Shown: piece by piece, positions 58,854 through 64,000 of the stretch | How the letters are laid out: each line of letters begins with the position of its first letter | How positions within the stretch are numbered: position 1 is the first letter of the stretch | From: an uncultured cyanobacterium | GTDB lineage: Bacteria; Cyanobacteriota; Cyanobacteriia; Cyanobacteriales; CAWCAG01 | Direction: 5' to 3' | Length of the DNA stretch: 64,000 nucleotides | Assembly (NCBI GenBank): GCA_963793425.1 | Contig: CAWCAG010000007.1 | Location: 800,001-864,000 of the forward strand | Position numbers and translations under genes: made by a program | Notes under the pieces: generated by a model | The model's database searches: none | The model's input: only the letters and a program-made list of their open reading frames with translations | What the model was told of the DNA's origin: nothing

Positions 58854-61340
58854 CTAATATTTAACGGGAATTTCAATAATAAACTCTGTACCTTTTTGGG
58901 GTAGAGAATAGCAATTCAGCTTTCCTTTATGTTTGTCTACAATAATTTGATAACTAATAGATAAACCTAAACCCGTACCTTTGCCTACAGGCTTAGTAGT
59001 GAAAAAAGGATCAAAAATCCGAGATTGGACTTTTTCAGGAATACCGGGTCCGTTATCACTGATGCTGATAACAACAGAGGCATCTTCTTGCTTAGTAACA
59101 ATAGTTATAATATTGGGAGCTGCTTCTATATCCTGATAAGAGCGACCTTGATTATGCTCTTCTAGGGCATCAATGCTATTAGCTAAAATATTCATAAATA
59201 CCTGATTTAGCTGTCCCAAATTACATTCTACATGAGGAAAATCGCCATAGCTTTTGTTAATAATAATTTGCGGACATTCAGCTCTAGCTTTGATACGATT
59301 ACTCAGAATAAGTAGAGTACTATCAATACCATTATGAATATCTACTGGTTTTCTCTCTGCTTCATCAGTACGGGAAAAATTGCGTAGGGATTGAACAATG
59401 TCTCGAATCCGATTAGTTCCTAACTTCATAGAATCGATAAGTTTAGGCAAATCCTTAGCCAAAAACTCCCAATCTATTTCTTCAATCTTTTGTTGTATTT
59501 CTGCTTCTGGTATAGGATAGTAGCGGTTATAAAGATTGACTAAACTAAGCAAATTTCTCGCATATTCATCTGCATGGGCGAGGTTGCCGTAAATAAAGCT
59601 GACAGGATTATTAATTTCATGGGCTATGCCTGCTACTAATTGCCCTAAGCTAGACATTTTTTCATTTTGAACAAGCTGCGCTTGGGTATACTGAAGCTCT
59701 TTTAATGTTCCTTCTAGCTTATTCGCTTTGTCTCTTTCTCTTGTTTCGGAGTGGCTAAGAGCTTTGTTCAATTGTGCTAGTTCATCTGCGGTACGAAGCA
59801 CAATTTTAATGATCGATTTTTTCAAAGTTAAAGCAGCTTCTATTTCGCAAGATTTCCAAGGCAAAGATTTTAACTTAACTGTTTCTTCCCAGTCAGCAAA
59901 AGATTTACGAGGACAAGAAATTAGTTGCCCTTGTTGATCTATTTTGAATTCTTGTTCTGGTTTCCCGGCCCAATTTACTGTTTGTAACTGTTCCGATCTA
60001 AACCAGAGAATATATTTTTTTTGAGTTCTAGAGATTGCCACCGCCAGCATACCACTAGCAATACTTTTTATAGTTAAGGTTTTTGGTTCTAACCTCGCGA
60101 AGGAATCAGTATGAAAAACCTTGTCAAAATGATTATTTTTTTCTAACCAAGTAACTAAATCCCTAATCTCTTCTCGGCTTGGAGTTTGCCCAACAAAAGT
60201 ACAGTTTTCTCCTAGAAGAATGACTGCTCCTGTAGCACTTACTAGATCAAGTAAGTTGGGTTGGTATTTAATCAAACCTTCTACAAAGTTTGTTTCCTGA
60301 GACATGAAAGCCAGTAATTCAGCTTGAATAGATTTTAGTTTTATTTTGTAGTCATAGTCTTCATTTTGTTCTTTGTTAGTTAATTCCAAAGACATGGATT
60401 GACCAAAAAACTCACAGGCTGCCCGTACTTCATAGGAAACAGATTTAGGAAGATAGTTATGACAAGCAATTATGCCCCAGAGCTTTTGCTCTTTAACTAA
60501 AGAAATTGTCAAAGAAGAAGCTACCCCCATATTCTCAAGATAATTTCGATGGCATTCTGGAGTACTTCTTAATACAGACAAACTTAAATCGAGAGGAGCT
60601 TCGTCTAGAGGATGATATTCTGGGATTATCGGTATTGGCAAACTATTAACATTAGCAATTAATCTTAACTTGTTTTTGACAGCTATATCTTGGCTAATTT
60701 GTGGTATTTCCCAAGCAGGAAAGTGTAAACCCAAAAAGGAGTTTAATTGCTTATTTCTTGATTCTGCTATAACTTCTCCACTACCATCATTGTCAAATCT
60801 ATAGACCATAACGCGGTCAAATTTAGTTAACTTACGTACTTCTAGAGCAGCAATATGACAAAGTTGCTGAATATTGCTGGCACGATTAAGTTTAGTAATG
60901 GCTAGCTTAATTAAATAGTAGAAATCAATAAAAGTAACTACAGTTTTAGAATTAGTTGGTTCTAGCTCTAAAATAAGTTTTTGATCTGAGCGGTGTAAAA
61001 TTCCATCGAATAAAACGAACTTACCAGCTACTTTTATAGATAGCTTAATTGGGTTGATGGTTTGTAAATCAATTTGGGACAAATAATTCTTTAAACTTTC
61101 TATTTGAGAAGGGCGAAAGAGAATATTTAGCTTTTTTCGTAATAACTTTTCGGGATAATGCCCTAAATACTCAAACGTATTGTTACTGACTTGCAAGATT
61201 TCAAGTTCAGGTTCTTTTAAGACAAACAGTACTCCTTGAGACTGGATACTGCCAATCATCAGAATAGATTCCTTAGTATATGTAGTAAAATCTCGTTCTG
61301 ACTTTCGGAGTTGACTGCCGATGGTTTTATTTAATTCCAT
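58854..61340 (-). CDS. Phytochrome-like sensor kinase (PAS-GAF-PHY-HisKA-HATPase)
   Basis: GSIQ, FDRVMVYRF, CH..YL.NMGV, LWGIIACH, WFR, WAG, PRKSF, AHEINNP, FDPFFTTK. Confidence 0.93.
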   Translation of the reverse strand: MELNKTIGSQLRKSERDFTTYTKESILMIGSIQSQGVLFVLKEPELEILQVSNNTFEYLGHYPEKLLRKKLNILFRPSQIESLKNYLSQIDLQTINPIKLSIKVAGKFVLFDGILHRSDQKLILELEPTNSKTVVTFIDFYYLIKLAITKLNRASNIQQLCHIAALEVRKLTKFDRVMVYRFDNDGSGEVIAESRNKQLNSFLGLHFPAWEIPQISQDIAVKNKLRLIANVNSLPIPIIPEYHPLDEAPLDLSLSVLRSTPECHRNYLENMGVASSLTISLVKEQKLWGIIACHNYLPKSVSYEVRAACEFFGQSMSLELTNKEQNEDYDYKIKLKSIQAELLAFMSQETNFVEGLIKYQPNLLDLVSATGAVILLGENCTFVGQTPSREEIRDLVTWLEKNNHFDKVFHTDSFARLEPKTLTIKSIASGMLAVAISRTQKKYILWFRSEQLQTVNWAGKPEQEFKIDQQGQLISCPRKSFADWEETVKLKSLPWKSCEIEAALTLKKSIIKIVLRTADELAQLNKALSHSETRERDKANKLEGTLKELQYTQAQLVQNEKMSSLGQLVAGIAHEINNPVSFIYGNLAHADEYARNLLSLVNLYNRYYPIPEAEIQQKIEEIDWEFLAKDLPKLIDSMKLGTNRIRDIVQSLRNFSRTDEAERKPVDIHNGIDSTLLILSNRIKARAECPQIIINKSYGDFPHVECNLGQLNQVFMNILANSIDALEEHNQGRSYQDIEAAPNIITIVTKQEDASVVISISDNGPGIPEKVQSRIFDPFFTTKPVGKGTGLGLSISYQIIVDKHKGKLNCYSLPQKGTEFIIEIPVKY

Positions 61341-61839
61341 TGTAAGTTAGAAAATTATAGTTAGGGAGAAATAGGGAAAAACGGTAACTTACTAATATAC
61401 TTTTATACCCTTGATTTCCAGACAATTACTTGATTTAGGAAAAAATTATTGGCACGAGCTAATTACTTCGTGGCAAAAGGTAATTAGGGTGTTTATTTTT
61501 TCAGCAAAGTATTGTTCTATGATACAGATATAGACGTAGATGTAGATGTAGATGTAGAGGCAGCCAGCTTTTATTTGATTTTAAGAGTGATTTCTACGAA
61601 ATACAGATTACGGAAATAAGAAATGCAACTTTGCTCTGTTACCTTATAAATATACTAGGTATTTAAGCAGCTTTCCGCATCAGATAGAATATTTTAACGG
61701 TCTATCGATTATAAAGAAGCAAGTAAGCAAAGTAGACAGGGAAAGCCGATTTGATTTATTGTCACAACTAAGACAGTATAAATGAGTCAATTCTCTATAT
61801 AATCTAAAATTAGAAGAATTTAATTCTTGTTAAAAAATA

Positions 61840-62031
61840 ATGAGCGATAAAAATGAGCAGGGCTTAGATTCCTCAGAGGACTCTGAGCTAAAAGGAATCA
61901 AGTCTGTTACCAAAGCTCTTACTGTAGGTTTAATGTGGTCATTCACTGGCTTATTGCCACCGAAAAAGTCTCAAAAGGAAGTTGAGTCTGAAGAACTAGG
62001 GGACGGGGAGACTGGGGGACTGGGGGACTAG
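61840..62031 (+). CDS. Small hypothetical protein
   Basis: ATG after an AT-rich region with TATAAT; C-terminus runs into a GGGGACT tract. Confidence 0.4.
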   Translation: MSDKNEQGLDSSEDSELKGIKSVTKALTVGLMWSFTGLLPPKKSQKEVESEELGDGETGGLGD

Positions 62032-62059
62032 GAGAAAACTATTAGCAATTAGCAACAAA

Positions 62060-63229
62060 TCAATAAACCCTACCTCGCCATTGGGTTGGTTTAGTATTCG
62101 CTGATAAGAAAATTCGCGCTACAGCTAAAGGATCTGCAAAAGGAGAAAGCCAGAAAAGCCAGGAAGAACCCTGATAAGAAGGTGCGATCGCCAACAATAA
62201 AGCAAAGCGAATTATCACTAAAAATAAATTTAATCCTATGGTAGCTATGAGGGAAGGAGAAGAATAGCCTAAGCATAAGCAGCTTAAAAGTACAACTAAC
62301 AAAGGTAATGGCAGACCTTGCACCATCAATAATAACCACAATTCTCCCCAGGTTTGGCTAACAGAAGCAGCGTCTTTAAGATCCAAAGATCGCCCCCATT
62401 CTTGCCAAGTCTCTTTTGCCCCTTCATACATACGCACCTTCAGGATTTTCTCCCCATCAAGGAACCCAACTTTAAATCCTTGTGACGCAATGTTACGGGC
62501 AAGGGTAACATCATCACAAAAAGAACTTTTTGCACTGCTATATCCTGCTAATTTTTCCAGTACAGAACGGCGACAGAAAAAACACTGTCCATTGGCCATA
62601 ACTTGTTCTGGTGCATTTGCTTGAACTCCTGCGGACTCAAAGCGATAGAGTAGGGTTATCAACAAAGCAGGTTGCAGCCACCATTCCCCTGGATATTTGA
62701 GGATAAATTGGGGAGATAAAGAAATGAGATCGTAGCTTTCTTTTTCAGCCACAGCAAGCAAACTAGCCACTAAGCCAAATTGGGGTTGAGTATCGGCATC
62801 AATGCCTAAAATCCATTCGCTTTGAGGAGAGCTAGCTAAGAAGCCGTTATGCAAAGCCCAAGGACGACCAATCCAGTTTTTAGGTAGGGGAGGATCGTTA
62901 ATGAGGCGAAAGCGAGGATCTTTAGTAGCTACATCTTTAACTAGTTCCTGGGTTTGATCTTGGGAGTTGCTATCAACAACAATTATTTCCCTCACTTCAT
63001 AACCTTGTTTGCCCAAACCTGCTAAACAAGGGCCAATTCTTGCAGCTTCGTTGAGGGTAGGAATCACCACACTAACTGTTCCCAAAAATTGTAGTTGTGT
63101 CTCTTTTGGTTTCAAGGGGGGATGACGCATCGCCCCTTTTAATATTCGCGAAACAAGAATTAGTGTCCCTGGCATAGTTAAGACAAACAACACCAGAGAC
63201 ACCGCAGCAATAATTTCTTTTGTTAACAA
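62060..63229 (-). CDS. cruG: Carotenoid (myxol) glycosyltransferase, GT2
   Basis: PTLNEA, GRPWAL, DADT, ANGQC, WGRSLDLKD; downstream of cruF. Confidence 0.85.
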   Translation of the reverse strand: MLTKEIIAAVSLVLFVLTMPGTLILVSRILKGAMRHPPLKPKETQLQFLGTVSVVIPTLNEAARIGPCLAGLGKQGYEVREIIVVDSNSQDQTQELVKDVATKDPRFRLINDPPLPKNWIGRPWALHNGFLASSPQSEWILGIDADTQPQFGLVASLLAVAEKESYDLISLSPQFILKYPGEWWLQPALLITLLYRFESAGVQANAPEQVMANGQCFFCRRSVLEKLAGYSSAKSSFCDDVTLARNIASQGFKVGFLDGEKILKVRMYEGAKETWQEWGRSLDLKDAASVSQTWGELWLLLMVQGLPLPLLVVLLSCLCLGYSSPSLIATIGLNLFLVIIRFALLLAIAPSYQGSSWLFWLSPFADPLAVARIFLSANTKPTQWRGRVY

Positions 63230-63247
63230 ACTAACAAGCCAATATTC

Positions 63248-64000
63248 TTAAATACGACTTCCTACAACTGTCCTTACCGGAGTAGCTTCGCTAGTAACAA
63301 CAGGGTCATGGGGTTCATCTTTGGTGGAGATAGCCAGCCAATAGAATACCAGCATAGGAGTAACTCCTAATATTAAACCTAAAAGAACAGGTAGCCAAAT
63401 TCCTGCGGCTAAACTCATGATGGTAGAAAAGGCAAAGTTGCTTAAATAAACAGCTAAGGGCAATCCTAAATCTTGGTTTGGTAAACTTAAAGGCGCTTTT
63501 TTCCAGAGTAAGGTAGCTACAAACATAAATAAAGCACCGGTTCCTAACCAGCCAGCAAAGTTTTGGTAAGGCATACCGAAAAAGGCTCCCGGTTGTTCCC
63601 AAATCCAAAAAGGGACGGTGGTTTGGCTCATGGCTGGATCAAGAACAAAGTCCCAGGAAGTTAAGGTTAAAGCACCAAAAGCAATGGCAGTTAGATCCCG
63701 TAACCAATCAGGAATGGAACGAGTCGCTAAGCCACTGCGAGCAATTAAATAAGCAGCAAAACCTAAATAAAACCAAGATAGGGGTATGGTGAAGGGGACA
63801 AGGCCAGCAATTTTGTAGCCCAAACCGTTTAGGTAATGATAGTGTCCAAAGGGAAAGCCAGTGCTAGTTCCTAATAGTTCACTTCCTAAAGAAATAAATA
63901 TAGCCGGAATCATGAAACTGAGCCAATGCCAAACCCCAAGGGTACGGTAGGCATAAATTGAGATAGCAGCAGTACCCAAGAGCATATAAACAACTCCACC
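63248..64000 (-). CDS. cruF: Gamma-carotene 1'-hydroxylase / carotenoid 1,2-hydratase (5' end beyond the window)
   Basis: SELLGTSTGFPFGHY, VPFTIPLSWFY, WDFVLDPAM, GMPYQNFAGW; frame open to the window edge. Confidence 0.88.
   Translation of the reverse strand, partial: GGVVYMLLGTAAISIYAYRTLGVWHWLSFMIPAIFISLGSELLGTSTGFPFGHYHYLNGLGYKIAGLVPFTIPLSWFYLGFAAYLIARSGLATRSIPDWLRDLTAIAFGALTLTSWDFVLDPAMSQTTVPFWIWEQPGAFFGMPYQNFAGWLGTGALFMFVATLLWKKAPLSLPNQDLGLPLAVYLSNFAFSTIMSLAAGIWLPVLLGLILGVTPMLVFYWLAISTKDEPHDPVVTSEATPVRTVVGSRI

Larger units (their letters stand above)
1087..62191. repeat. HIP1 octamer GCGATCGC dispersed throughout
   Basis: Many copies, e.g. 1087, 2507, 12107, 12125, 62184. Confidence 0.95.

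Noticed and set aside
61530..61559. GTAGAT hexamer run upstream of the phytochrome as a regulatory site
   Set aside because: Simple microsatellite; no evidence of function.

Overview
A 64-kb cyanobacterial chromosomal segment, identified by frequent HIP1 GCGATCGC, 7-8-mer STRR tracts and the genes ntcA, cp12, mgdA/mgdE and crtD/cruF/cruG. It is mostly housekeeping genes (hisB, fabI, queC, pyrE, ribE, dnaX, metF, glmM, tRNA-Ile2 CAU), transporters and signalling proteins, including an atypical Cph1-like phytochrome. Accessory content: (i) a tnpB-only IS200/IS605 element (19501-20926) with a nonsense codon and two related 51-nt, frame-preserving, GC-rich structured insertions whose stems covary, which is the most striking observation; (ii) a 13-17.5 kb island with a ~461-aa PEP-CTERM-like gene, largely missed by the ORF track, overlapping an O-antigen-ligase/O-oligosaccharyltransferase-like gene; (iii) small two-hairpin dispersed repeats, REP-like palindromes and MITE-like elements. 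Several single-base frameshifts occur, including one in the conserved mgdA N-terminus, so some apparent pseudogenes may be assembly indels. No CRISPR array or rRNA was seen. All calls are by eye from motifs and recalled family knowledge; no database searches were run.
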